Below the pieces are notes generated by a model. The model was not told where the DNA came from and did not search any database. It saw only the letters and a list, made by a program, of their open reading frames with translations. A DNA stretch of 51,234 nucleotides, counting the filler, from Sphacelaria rigidula (taxonomy: Eukaryota): the NCBI GenBank assembly GCA_964200075.2. It is 3 parts of 3 records of this genome, joined end to end, with 100 filler letters (N's around TTAATTAATTAA, not from the genome) between each part and the next. Parts side by side here need not be neighbours in the genome. Positions count along the whole stretch, not along the records: positions 17,114 to 34,124 come from CAXNAA020001187.1; positions 34,225 to 51,234 come from CAXNAA020001188.1; 1 more part is not named here. One strand, 5' to 3'. Below, piece after piece: positions 22,917-34,810 of this stretch. Each line of letters starts with the position of its first letter. Position 1 is the stretch's first letter. Both the position numbers and the translations under genes were made by a program.

Positions 22917-25900
22917 TTCAATACATCAATGAGGGCAGTATTCATGGTGCCGCCGTCGGGTACAGCTTTGAGCATCGAGACTTACTTGACGGAACAATCA
23001 CCTACATGGCAATCGAATATGAGGGGCGGCTAGTGCATGCCTAGAGAACGTGCAAGCTGATCAAAATTGCCCTTTGCTTGTGAACAGTTTCTCCCTACCT
23101 CTCCGTGGGAGGGTACGAGGGACTTCATCCATGAGGCACGATCAACGACTTCTAAAATGCTGCTGCTGAACGAGACAACCCAAGGGGTTTTGAATAGAAA
23201 AAGGAAGCAGCAATATTGACACCTTTTGGGGATAGTGGGCACAGCGTAGGAATATTTTCACACTCTCCACCACTATTCATTGAGATCTACGGTGCAAGTA
23301 TACAAGAAAACAAACCTATACAATGCACGTGCCAATCCTTGAGCAGTATATACTCCACCCCCATAGCACTCGCGTCCATAGCAATTCTTACCCGGCAGCC
23401 ATAATCCCGTATCTTGAACCGCATCGTACAAAACCACTGAACCATATGCCCGAGGCAGGACATCGTAGGAATTCACCACGCACTCTAGAGTTGGACGATC
23501 TATTCATACAAATTTACTCGGAGGTTAGCTTGCGACACTAAGCAAGTCAGGCTTCGACGTTTTGTAGTACGATTATATGTGTATTCATTTGAATACCTAC
23601 CCCCACCTATCATGCCTCTGGTTAATTCATCGGAATTGATGTGAGGAAATATCCCAAAAAATAGGAATTGCGACGATGTGAAGATATTATTCAATTTCTA
23701 CTCACAACACATGAGCCGGGGGCTGCAATACACGCAGGGAAACCAACAGCAACATGCAATCGGGGCAGTCATGCTTTCCGTAAAATCGGATGGAAACCGA
23801 CATGCGCCCGCTAACGGAATATCAATCTCAAAGTATTGGAAATTGGTTAATTGTTTCTTATACATTTGTTTCTCCCTCTCGCGCAGTAAGAATCTCTCCA
23901 TAACGCAACACTTACCGCGTACGCGGCGTGTCTTGAAGGATACCAGGTCGTGCAAACTTTTGTTATTTCGATGGCTGCGTGCACCGGCCAGGATGACCTG
24001 GAGAAATCTGCAGGCTGGTATCACACGGGTCGAGAAATAAACAGCAGACGGTACCGTGCGGTGCGTACAGAAAGACAGGGAGGTCAAATAAATGCTGAGA
24101 AATACATGGAGCATTGGAACGGCGAGGCAGTGTAGATGTTGTCCGTCATGTGCAGTGCGCGAAATACAGCAGTACAAAACGTCAAGGACACTTCACGAGG
24201 GAAATTGCCCCCGACGGTGAATGCAAGAAATTCTTGTGTTTTGGCGCTGGAGATATTCCATTTCTTGTTGAATTCGTACTGGTGGGGTTCAGCGGGTCGC
24301 CGCTCTGAACTACGGCGATCGAGCGTCGTCTTCTGTCATCCATACCCATCACGTGTACCTACCCTATGTGTGTCGGAGCAACGCGCTCCAAGAGTGACAC
24401 GTTCATCTGGCCCGGTCATCTCCAGAAGCAAGGACGATCCCGACCCTATACTATCTAGTTCACCGGTGGTACATGTAGGCGAGAGACGTCTCAAAGACAG
24501 CACTCTGGGTCGTGCAGACTCTGCAGCTTTTGGAACACTTGAGGTGCACAAACATGGTCACCTGGGTGGTGCAATGCTCCGCACATCTACGATACCCCCT
24601 CGCATGTGTGCCGTGTGGATAAAGAGGGCACGGGTGACGTTCTGGCGGGGACGTGAAGTATTCGAGGTTAAATAATCTGTGCTCTCCACGAACGGAAGTG
24701 ATATGGCGTGTGGGTGGTGGGAGTCAGGGCTGGTGTTGCATATTTTGCTCCCAAGTACTGCACCGGAAAGCAAAAGGAATTACCGGTGTCAGTCAACATC
24801 ATGTTACCTCAGTAGGCTAGTGATACATGTGATCAATCTCTCGTGGATACGTCGGGTATCCAATAACTACCTAAGCACCGTTGTTGCTGTTTGTCGTTTT
24901 CATTATTTCCTGCTACTCTTGTTGAAAGGCGTGTTTTTTTACTGACGTTTCGCCCGTGATGTGCATAAAAAAGTGATGAACAGATTCTCATAATACTAGT
25001 TGTTGGCAGTTTGTAGAGTACCGAAATGCGATCAGCTTTGATAGTGTCCAATTCTCGCAACATTCAGTTTCAACTTCCATCTTCGACCTGGGGGAGAAAT
25101 CGCGGTGTGATTCACGGTTCTGATCACCGAACAAGTAGATGATAGTTGTAGGTGTAGCTCTGGATGTAGATCACCGCCTCTCCTCCTTCAGCTGCGAGAG
25201 ACCGCCTGTGTTCAGTAGGCTAGGCTTGCACTTCAGTTTTTCAAGCAACAGGTTCACATACGATTTCGTTTGTTCGGATGTCTAGGCATAAGATGTAGCT
25301 CTGGATCACCACACGCTGGAAAAATGAAAGTGATTCTGATTGATCAATCGACTGACTGATTGTGGCACGTTGACGGATCACCGAGGTACCCAGCCGTAGT
25401 TATTATCCACAAAGGAAAATATATCCAAGGTGAACCACCGAAACGCTGAAGGAATAGAGCTACGAGAAACAAAGAGACGGCGACGTACATTACCGTGGCA
25501 GTTGGCCCTCGTACCAAGAAGTATAAGCGTGGCTCGTTACATCCAAACGTTATGGTGCATTACCGTTATAGCTGGTGGCTCTTGTACCGATGCCGATCAG
25601 AACGATCACTTACGACCTTAAAGTTGCTATGCATTATGTCAGTGTGGTGAGCCTTGCACCTTGGTTGATGTTACCAACCTCACAAAGGCGTACCGAGGTA
25701 AACCTTGCACGACTCAGCACCCACAAACCGCTGCACCCCGCAAGGTCGTCTTGCCGTCTTCACGGTGCAGAACCTACCACAGATTTACATGACCGCGCTG
25801 TACTTACCCGCGATTCACCGAAACAGTACGTAATGCCGTGGAACATCAATATCGTACCGCAGTAAGAATAGAAACCAAAAGCCGCACTTGCACTTGTCAG

Positions 25901-27834
25901 ATGTTCGCACGTGAAGCTCCAAGGATCAGATACTCGTCTGTCACCAACACAGCTATGGCTTCACAACAAATCCTTGATATATATATATATTTTCAATGTT
26001 TTTCGTTCGGTGCTTTTGTTTTGTTTTTTCTACTTGGTATGTATGTTGGTGGTTGATTGTTCACTTCCGTGCGTGCTACCTTCATGAGTTATCCCCAGTA
26101 CACTATACTCGAGTAACTAGGGGCTTTCCCTTATATTGTTGTCGTACTCTTGTCGTTCCCGTATATTTCTTGTCGAATCGCACTAGTTTTTTTTTACGGT
26201 TTTCTTAAGGGAGGCTTTGATATCACCGGCAACAACACGGCATGTTGCAACTTGCGGGCAGTTGTTCTCCAGGATGAGCGTTGGAAACTTTCATAACCAT
26301 CGAAGTGATTTAACCCGGAGGAAGAGTCATCCTACGATAGGGGGGAGGGGGGTATTTCATTGCACGAAAAAAGAGGCTCAAAAGTGTGTCAGACGACCTG
26401 CCACATTCGCGGTGCGCTTGTATTTGATTCAAAACGGTGTAAATCGGTATGAACGAGCGTTATACATCTATAACAAGCTCGTTCGAGCAACCGTTGCTCC
26501 TTTCAAGGATGATTTGACTTGGAATTTCGAGCAAGAAATGGCCAAAAATACCCCCCCCCCCCCAAAGTGAGTACGCCCCCCCTATCGTAGGATGACTCCG
26601 AAATAGAAATGGAAATGCACTTTCCGGCCGTGATGCGTGGCCTGACATATCCTCAGGAAAATGAATTCAAAATTTGTACAGTCACGTTTTTTCTTCCGAA
26701 CATTTTTTACCTCTGTTCACTCCCGTACTAAATATCCGCATCCATTTTCCATAATCCCCTGTTAACACGGGATTTTACTAATTGCGGATGGACATGTTTT
26801 TGAGGATTAGCGAGGCCACAAATCATGGCCGGAGAGTGCATGCATTTGTCTTCCCGGAAAAATATTTGAATACCTACAAACATTTCCAATGCTCATTCAA
26901 AAGACACGTTTATCCGCAGGTTGGAAAGTCCCGCATTAGGGGAGCTTTTGCTTTCGTTTCTATATCATCCGTCGCTGCTGACCGGAGTGACCGAGCCTTG
27001 AAAATCGCAGTTCACTCTTTTTTTCGCAGCCGATCACAAAAATTTAGGGTGGAGCGCTTCGTTGAGGATGAGAACCCGGAACATTGAAACCTTCGTATCC
27101 ACATAAACTTTTCGACATACATGGTTGCATTCCTTCACATACTGGTAGCTAGTGACAACTATCGCAAGCCTTGCAAATTCGAATTCCAATAGCCGGAATT
27201 TAGGCGTCCTGGGTGAAGAACAACTCTGAGGAATTTCAGTGGTAAAAACGGATCACCGGAATCTCCCAACACATGTGTGTGTTTTGCCCAGGATCAATAT
27301 TTTTGTTATCGGAATCCAGATTTGTATGGCATGTTTTACGGTGGCGTATAGTTAAAAGAAGTAAATGCATAGGAAAGAATAAATGCACACAAGTGTGACC
27401 CCCCCAACAAACACCTGTTTTGTAGCGCTACCAAAAAACTTCAAGGCAGCTGTAGACACTCTTATATCAATATCACCGCAACACATAGGTGATTTGGATA
27501 TATCAAATAAAACTTGAAGAGTGTAGCTTTCGTCAGGTGACGGTCGCATGTGCAGAAAGCAAACATAAGTTGCGGTAGCACATGTCCAAACGGAGTAATA
27601 CGTTTGTACGGGGAGATTCTTTTTTTCGAACCCATTTTCGAGCATCAAACCGTACAAGCAGTTCCAATAGACAGCCATGAACAAGACGGTTCGAATGATC
27701 CACTCAGATTTTGAATCAGCGCCCGCAATCTCGAGATATGGGCATTTGAAGAGGGGCACCTCCAGCAAACGAGCACCCGCTTCGGCCCAAGGGTAATATG
27801 GATATTAATGCATAGCTGATAACGAAAATGTCAT

Positions 27835-28625
27835 TTCCCTGTTTTGTTTCCTCCTGCATGACACCCTTGTCCATACGGTTCTTTCAAGCCATCGGTTGTT
27901 ATATTTCAATCAAATTTGACGATTCTACGATAAATCATTCGTTTGAAAGTTTACCCCGAGCCAGCCCAAGGTTAAATTCTGAAATCATGGATATCAAGGC
28001 ATAACTCATCACGATTTTTTCGTTTTCTTTTTGTTTTCTCGCGCGTGACACCCTATTGATACGGGTATTTCAAGCCATCGGTTGTTATATTCAAATCACA
28101 GTTGACGTTTCCTCAGTAAAATATTCGTGCAAAAGTTTACCTCGAGCCAGCCCAAGGGCAACGTCCAAAACCATGGATATTAAGGCACATCTCATCACGA
28201 TTTTTTTGTTTTTTCGTTTGTTTTCCTCCAGCATGACACCATTATCCATACGGTTCTTTCAAGCCATCTGTTATCATACTCCAATCGAAATTGACGATTC
28301 TACGGTAAAATATTCGTTCAAAAGTTTACCCCGAGCCAGCCCAAGGGTAACGTACAAAATCATGGATACTAAGGCATAACTCATTTTTTTTCTTTGTTTT
28401 TTTTCATCTGCGTGGCACCCTTATCCACACGGTTCTTTCAAGTCATCGGTTGTCACGATCCAATCAAAATTGACGATTCTACGATAAAATATTTGTCCAG
28501 ACTTTCACCCTGGGTCAGCCCAAGGGTAACGTCCAAAATCATGGATATTAAGGAATACTTCATCACGTTTTTTGTATTTTTTTCTCCTGCGTGACAAACT
28601 CATTGATGCGGTTCCTTGAAGCTAT
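27835..28625. repeat. Tandem array, about 4.2 units of 179-188 bp
   Basis: TGACACCC...TTTCAAGCCATCGGTTGT...GAGCCAGCCCAAGG...CATGGATAT recurs with starts near 27859, 28047, 28234, 28413 and 28592. Confidence 0.9.
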
Positions 28626-29756
28626 AGAACGTTCCAGTCGCCCAAAAAATAGAGATTTGGCGCCGAGCCTTCACTAGCTATATGCTCCCGTAATAGTAAT
28701 TTGTAATTTGTAGCCAGCAGCGGCCATCAGGTGAAGTAATGCTGTAATCATATTTCGAACAACTGGTGTGGATGCGAAGATTTCACTCTTTCCCGCTTTA
28801 TCATCTTCAATGAAGAGCTCAATCCTCAATTTCAGTGATCGGCTACGAGCTGGGCCAGCCTTCAAACGGATTTAAGCTCGAAAAGCAATATCTCATCGAC
28901 ACAGACGAGTTGGGCCGTGATCGGCATATCGTATTGATCGTCTAATGAAGGAGAAGGTGCCCATCTGCTTTAAATTTTGGGCCCATATTTTTTCGTTGAT
29001 TAAACCCCCATGTCTAGTAATTCCTACACCTAAGGGAGATGGCGCCTATACTGAAATATCTATGGAACCCCCGATCGATGCATTTAGCGGATGGCAACGA
29101 ATTTCGGTGTGCACATTCTCTGGAGCAAGGGGAGACGACATATACCTTCACCTTCACCTAATTCGTTATCTATCCCGAGATATGGCGCACATAAGTTTCT
29201 GTACAAAAATCAATACATTACGAGCAGAGGCACTGGATGCCCTGAATCTGGATATCACGTCTCAGTTATTGGGAGTTGCTCCATAAAATTTCGTGTGGTA
29301 AACCGCTAGTGCATAATAGAAATAAATAAAAACAGCTTGTTACCTCTTGAATTTTTTCTTCATTTTTTTTCATTTTTTCGTGTTTTTAGTAAAGTTTTGA
29401 GGAGAAATGTACATCGCTGTTAGGCCTTATCTCAATGTTTAAGCTCAAGTTTTAGAATTTTGATCTAAAAGTTAGCATGGAGGACCACAAAAGAGTGCCG
29501 GATAGAAAAAAAAAATGGGCCTTCGTTTGTTTTTTTTCCATAGAGGTTAGGGCGTTATCGTGAAGAGATGGTCTTTACTATACCAAAACGCCCTTAACCA
29601 GTGGAAAAATGACTAGAAAAAAATCTGGACCACTGAGTTTTGTTAATTATGCACTGACGAGGGCCCACACAAAATTTCAATACACAACAACCAAACGTGG
29701 GTCGGTGAGTGGCCTGTGAAATACTGTTCCGAATTTTTACCGATCCGATTCTTAAA

Positions 29757-30033
29757 AGGCGAATGCGCCGGGCAAGCTTTAGAGTTGGACCCTGAAATTT
29801 GGTATGGGCAATGCATGGAGCATAATAAAAAATCGGGAAGAAGCACATGAAGTTTTTTTTTTCGTGAGTTAAGGGCAATAATCAGTATTATTCAGGTTTC
29901 AGCAAAACGCCCTTAACTCACGAAAACCCCCCAAAAACCTTCATGTGCTTCTTCCCGATTTTTATTATGCCCTGTGCATTATCCATACCGAACTTCAGGG
30001 TCTAACTCCAAATATTGCCCGGCGCATCCGCCT
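29757..30033. repeat. Long inverted repeat (about 120-bp arms, 32-nt spacer)
   Basis: 29757-29876 is an imperfect reverse complement of 29909-30033 (e.g. TTCGTGAGTTAAGGGC / GCCCTTAACTCACGAA; AAATCGGGAAGAAGCACATGAAG / CTTCATGTGCTTCTTCCCGATTT). Confidence 0.9.
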
Positions 30034-30802
30034 GCAAAGTTTCATGCAGCCTCTAGGCTGGCCCAGCTCGTATTCTTTTCGTGGGCTCCGAGCCATGCCG
30101 TTTCCTTTTGGGGTTGAAGGTTTTGCGGTCTCCCGATACTTCAATTTTCACACAAAACCTTGACATAAACGCCACGTACGGTGGAATCAATTTTATTCGA
30201 CTTCAGAAGCCAAGGAACAGTAGAGTCGCTCGTTGTACCGTATCTGTATTCACCTGCCCCCACCGCTTCTGTTTTCCTCTCTGTACCTACGCAATGGACA
30301 TTTCTCGGGGTTGGCAGAAAGCGGTTCACTTACCACAAATAAATGCATACAGGACAGTCGTACGTACGCCATGCAGAAAACCGTGATTGCCGTAGTGGTG
30401 CTTCAGCGGCGAACAGCGAAAAGAGCGAAGAAGAACAGACGTCTGGTACAATCAAAGCACACACACAATCGGTCTCCAATGTTACCGGCGCGGTGGCATG
30501 ATGTGCAATTGCAACTTACATATACGACCCTGAACTGCACTCTAAATCATTTGTCTCAGCAAGTGGTGGGTGCCGTAGTGCAGGCAGTAATTCACGTCAA
30601 TCACGTGACTCTACAACATCAGGCATCCATTCCGTCGTTGCCGTCATTGCGCAATAAAAGGAAGCACTGAAGCTACTTGTTGCTGTCACAAACCTATCAG
30701 CCGTTCCTACACACCTCACGGCGGGGTTACCAAACCTCACAAGCATCAACCACGCGCTACGATCATTGCAAACATACCCAATATACTGAAATCCCTTCTT
30801 AC

Positions 30803-31238
30803 CGAAGCTAACAGCAGCGTGAACCTCGGCGATTTGGCGACCAAGATCCGCCTCAGGAGTGGCACCAGTGCCCCACGCGGAAATAATCGCAGTGCTTCGT
30901 TCGCTCAGACACTTAACGCCACCACCACCATCGCCGCTGCCGCCATGGCCGCTACCGCTGCTTACGGTCGCCTGGGTAAGCATCGTGTTGAACTGGAGGG
31001 GGCTTGGGTATGGCCCGCCATCCCTGATCGTGACAGGATCACCTGGGAGCAAGATACTACCCGCCTTAGCCGACCATTTGCTGCCAGTTGGAGCAAGCGG
31101 CAGGCTGCTACTGAGGTCAGGGTTGGTGCTATTTCCTTCATCATCATTGATGTGAGCAGAAGTTGCCCTGCTTGGTGCAGATGTCATTGCCAGGACCACA
31201 GCGGTTAGAGTAACCATCAATACGGAGTGGATCCTCAT
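30803..31238 (-). CDS. Probable first exon of a secreted or signal-anchored protein
   Basis: ATG at 31238, hydrophobic N-terminus MRIHSVLMVTLTAVVLAMTSA, 145 open codons, strong donor G|GTAAG. Confidence 0.6.
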
Positions 31239-31685
31239 GGTGGATCCCAGCAGAGGTGGTCGTCTTGAAGGCAACGGGCGACCGGACGTTGCTGATGTTC
31301 GTTCAATGCGTTTGGGATCCGCAAACTGTCGCGCGGGTTTGCCGATGAAGAAGGACGAGCAAGATCCTGCTGAAGCTTGAAATGTGGAAAGTATACGAAG
31401 TGGTGGGAGATTTGTCGAGTGTCGAGGTCCCTGGACGTGAGCGTTTTGACTGTGTAACACCCGGTAACAGTAACACCCGAGGCGCGCGAAAACATGCGAC
31501 ATTGGAATATGACATAAGAGTTCGCAACTTTCGCCTGCACTGGCGCAGTTCAGACCTGTCGACGTGGTGTAGCCTTTTTTGAGCGGACGCGTGTTCACGA
31601 GGCAGGAGCGCGTTCGTCAAGTGATCCTACGATATGTGGGGGGAGGGTCGATGGTCGATTGCACTGAAAAAGGGGGTCATGATTG

Positions 31686-31712
31686 TGTAGTAGTAGTAGT
31701 AGTAGTAGTAGC

Positions 31713-31750
<38 letters not shown>

Positions 31751-31751
31751 T
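31686..31751. repeat. (GTA)n microsatellite
   Basis: About 22 GTA units with two variant units. Confidence 0.97.
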
Positions 31752-34124
31752 CAATCCGTGAATGAATCGTTTAGCTTCCGAAATGTCCCTCCACGAGGTC
31801 CGATATTCTTTCTGTAGTAGCAGGACTCTTCCTCCTTGCCTGCCCCCCGCGGGGGTAGGCCGATGACTGCTAGTGATCTTAGAACATACAAAGACCACCA
31901 AACCAACGAAGGGGGAGCAGGGAAAGGCAAGGGACACGAACCCGAGCATCGTGTCGACTTGGACTCTGAGTTTGGGGCGATAGGAGAAGACACAGTGTAA
32001 CTCGTATCGCACTAAAATTTTCAGATACCACCCCCTTCCCCCGACTGCCCATACTGGGGTGGGCAGAGGTCCGCCTGTGATCTTAGACCACCATCCAAAG
32101 ATCATCCAACGACGGCGGAGACACGAGCCCGAGCCTCGTACGGACGGGCAGACTAAGGTAGGAAGATAAGAGGCACCACGATCACGAGTGGCGTGTGCTT
32201 CGTTTCGGAACAACTCGGCGTCGGCATGCGGCTAAACGCCAAAGCACTGGTCTGGACACCGGGGTTATGCAGCAGCGGAGAGCGCAGTGGGGACAACCTG
32301 GACAGGAATGGAGGGGCTGCACATCGCGTGGGTACGCACACCAGGAGCGAGGACGGAGTAGAGTCGGACAGAGCAGGAGAGTTGCACCTGCCTGTGATAA
32401 AAGACGAGCACCGGCCTAGCAATGGCCAGAGAGTCCAAAACGCGATAAAAATGAAACAAATAAAGAAGGGCAGGAAAAAGAGGAGGAGGGGCCGGGCGAG
32501 GCGGAGGCTTGCTAGGAAAGCAGCACGAGTAGCCCGGGCGAGGCAGCGGAGTCAACTTGTTAAGGTAGCCACTTACAATGTCAGAACTCTAGCTGTGAAA
32601 GGGGCCAACGGATGGGGGGGAGACTACAGCGTCTTGTGCGAGGCTGCGAGACTTGACATATCGTCGGAGAACTGCGATAGGCACGAAGGGCGGGGCGAAC
32701 AGACTGTACAGCTGCAGGGTTCAGAGTCTCCTGCTGTGGGAGCGAGTCAGGTGGGCAACACGGTGTGGGAATAGACGTGAAATACTTGATTTGCAATAAC
32801 GCCACCTATACCACTGAGAACGTTGACGAGCGCCTCATGGCAATGCGGTTTGAAATATCGGGGCAGAGCGGAACGATCAATTTCGTAGCTGCATATGCAC
32901 CAACTGAAGTCGCCAAGAACGAAACGAAACAAGCGTTCTGGGAGGGGCTTGACAATCTCGTACAGCGAATCCCGTCGAAGGAATGTGTGTATGTATTGAT
33001 GGATGCCAACGCGCGGACGGGGGACAAAGTAGGAGGGGGCTTAGAGGACGAAGGGGTCCTAGGCGCCTATGGACGTGATGAGCTGAGCGATAACGGCAAA
33101 CTTCTGCTAACTTTTGCAACCGAGAACAAACTAGCCATCACGAACACCTTTTTTAGCACGCACAAAGGCGAAACCTCGCACATATACAACAGTGTTGTGA
33201 GGAATCGCACGAGCGACTTTAAGCGCATAGACTACATCCTTACCCGGCAGGCACACCGCCGAGGTAGAGTGCGCAACGTAGTCGTACACCCCCAACCCGC
33301 ACCCCCGGCTGAAGCGCTCGGACCACAACATGGTGGTGGCCACTGTCGACCTCGGTGGCCGCCTTGCCCACAACCGTCAAGTACGCACCAAGTCGAAGCA
33401 GCGGCAATTCAGTCGACAGCAGCTGCAGACCGAAATGGCAAGGTGGCACATAACCGAGAGGTTTCTACATAACCTCGCCGAGCCAGCCAATCATCACCGC
33501 ACCGGCGGCCGCGAACGTGTTTACCGAAGCTGTCCTCGAAGCAGCGCAGACAGTACTCCCGAAAGAGGCACGGATACCATCTGTGCCGGAATGGTGTGAA
33601 AACCCCGGCACGAGAGCAACAGTGGAGGCAGCGCTCGCCAAACGACGGGAGGCACGCCAACTGATGAAGCATCACCGGACCCCAGCATCGTGGAAAGCAC
33701 TCAGAGCCGCGTGTAAGAACGTGTGTACAGCAATCGATGACGGCATCCATGTACATCTGGAGAGGTATGTGGCAAGGCTAGAAGCGATCTACAAGGATCG
33801 CGACATAAGAGGCCTATACAAACACCTCAAGAGATTGGTGGATCTTGGTGGAAGGCAATCCGGGGGCAGCAGTTCATAAAGGACGAGAACGGCGTCCTGC
33901 TGAGGAACAGAATTTTCATCCTTAAACGGTGGGCGAGATTCTTTCGCACCCTGCTCAACGCCAAATCGCCCATGCTGAACCCAGCCATCATCGGGGAGGT
34001 GAAGCAGCGACCGGCAGCGTCAACCACCGGGGATTCAGTACCACTTGGGGCAGTACCAACACTGGAGGAAACCAGACGAGCAGTTCGGGGGATGCACAAC
34101 TGGAAAGCGCCAGGACACGACTCC
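31752..34124 (+). mobile_element. RTE-like LINE: 5' region, APE endonuclease and linker up to RT start; frameshifted and cut by the gap
   Basis: KVATYNVRTL, ERLMAMR, VAAYAPT, LMDANAR, NGKLLL, ITNTFF, IDYIL (APE motifs), then IKDENG...LKRWARFF..LLN and PTLEETRRAVRGMHNWKAPGHDS. Several frameshifts; 5' boundary inferred from the microsatellite edge. Confidence 0.9.
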
Positions 34125-34224
34125 NNNNNNNNNNNNNNNNNNNNNNNNNNNNNNNNNNNNNNNNNNNNTTAATTAATTAANNNNNNNNNNNNNNNNNNNN
34201 NNNNNNNNNNNNNNNNNNNNNNNN
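34125..34224. other. Artificial contig-join spacer
   Basis: Identical N44-TTAATTAATTAA-N44 structure. Confidence 0.97.
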
Positions 34225-34810
34225 GCTTCGCGCTTGGTGGTTTGAGTGCAAGCCTGGTCCGGCGAAAACCCGGCGTGCTCCGTCCCGGTTTCGTAGGCAC
34301 GGACCCCCTGTGGGGTTGGCCACTGTTGGCAATGGCGCTGTAGAACACACTACTTCATGCGTAAGCTACGAAACCAGGTTACCAATTTTTTTTGCGCGCT
34401 TGCGTTTTTTTGCGGTAGCCATCGTGTGGCGGAGCTAGATCGTTTTGTGCGGAGTGGGAGAACCTCAACTGCGCGCCAAAGGGATGATCACACTATGTAG
34501 TGTTCAAATGATGAGACACCCGTGAGGCAGTGTGTAACCCGTGGCTGTCTGTGCAAGTGACGATGACAGAAAATGAAGCAACCTGTTGAAGGCTGTCATC
34601 CAAATGCAATATAATCAGTAGGCTTCGGGCCGAACAATCTTTGCAGGATGGAGCTCATCCTTCATGCGACTCGCCGAACACATCACGCCGCTTCGCGCTT
34701 GGTGATGACTTGCGAGCCTGGTCCGGCGAAAACTCAGCGTACTCCGCCCCGGCTTTGTAAGGATGCGAGGTCAATGGTCATATGACTATGGCATGCATGA
34801 TCATGAGTAC
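34225..34810 (+). mobile_element. Family B non-LTR element 3' region (about 465-bp internal repeat period; tail homologous to family A)
   Basis: GCTTCGCGCTTGGTG...GCCTGGTCCGGCGAAAA occurs at about 34225-34290 and 34690-34755. Ends GGATGCGAGGTCAATGGTCATATGACTATGGCATGCATGATCATGAGTAC followed by a C tract. Homologous to 37771-38330 and 51137-51234. Confidence 0.7.

Noticed and set aside
27352-27768. 138-aa minus-strand ORF
   Set aside because: Non-ATG start, no recognisable motif and no clear acceptor; left uncalled.
27835-28625. Regular repeats as a CRISPR array or repeat protein
   Set aside because: Whole units are homologous with no unique spacers, there are no cas genes, the context is eukaryotic, and stops interrupt the frames.
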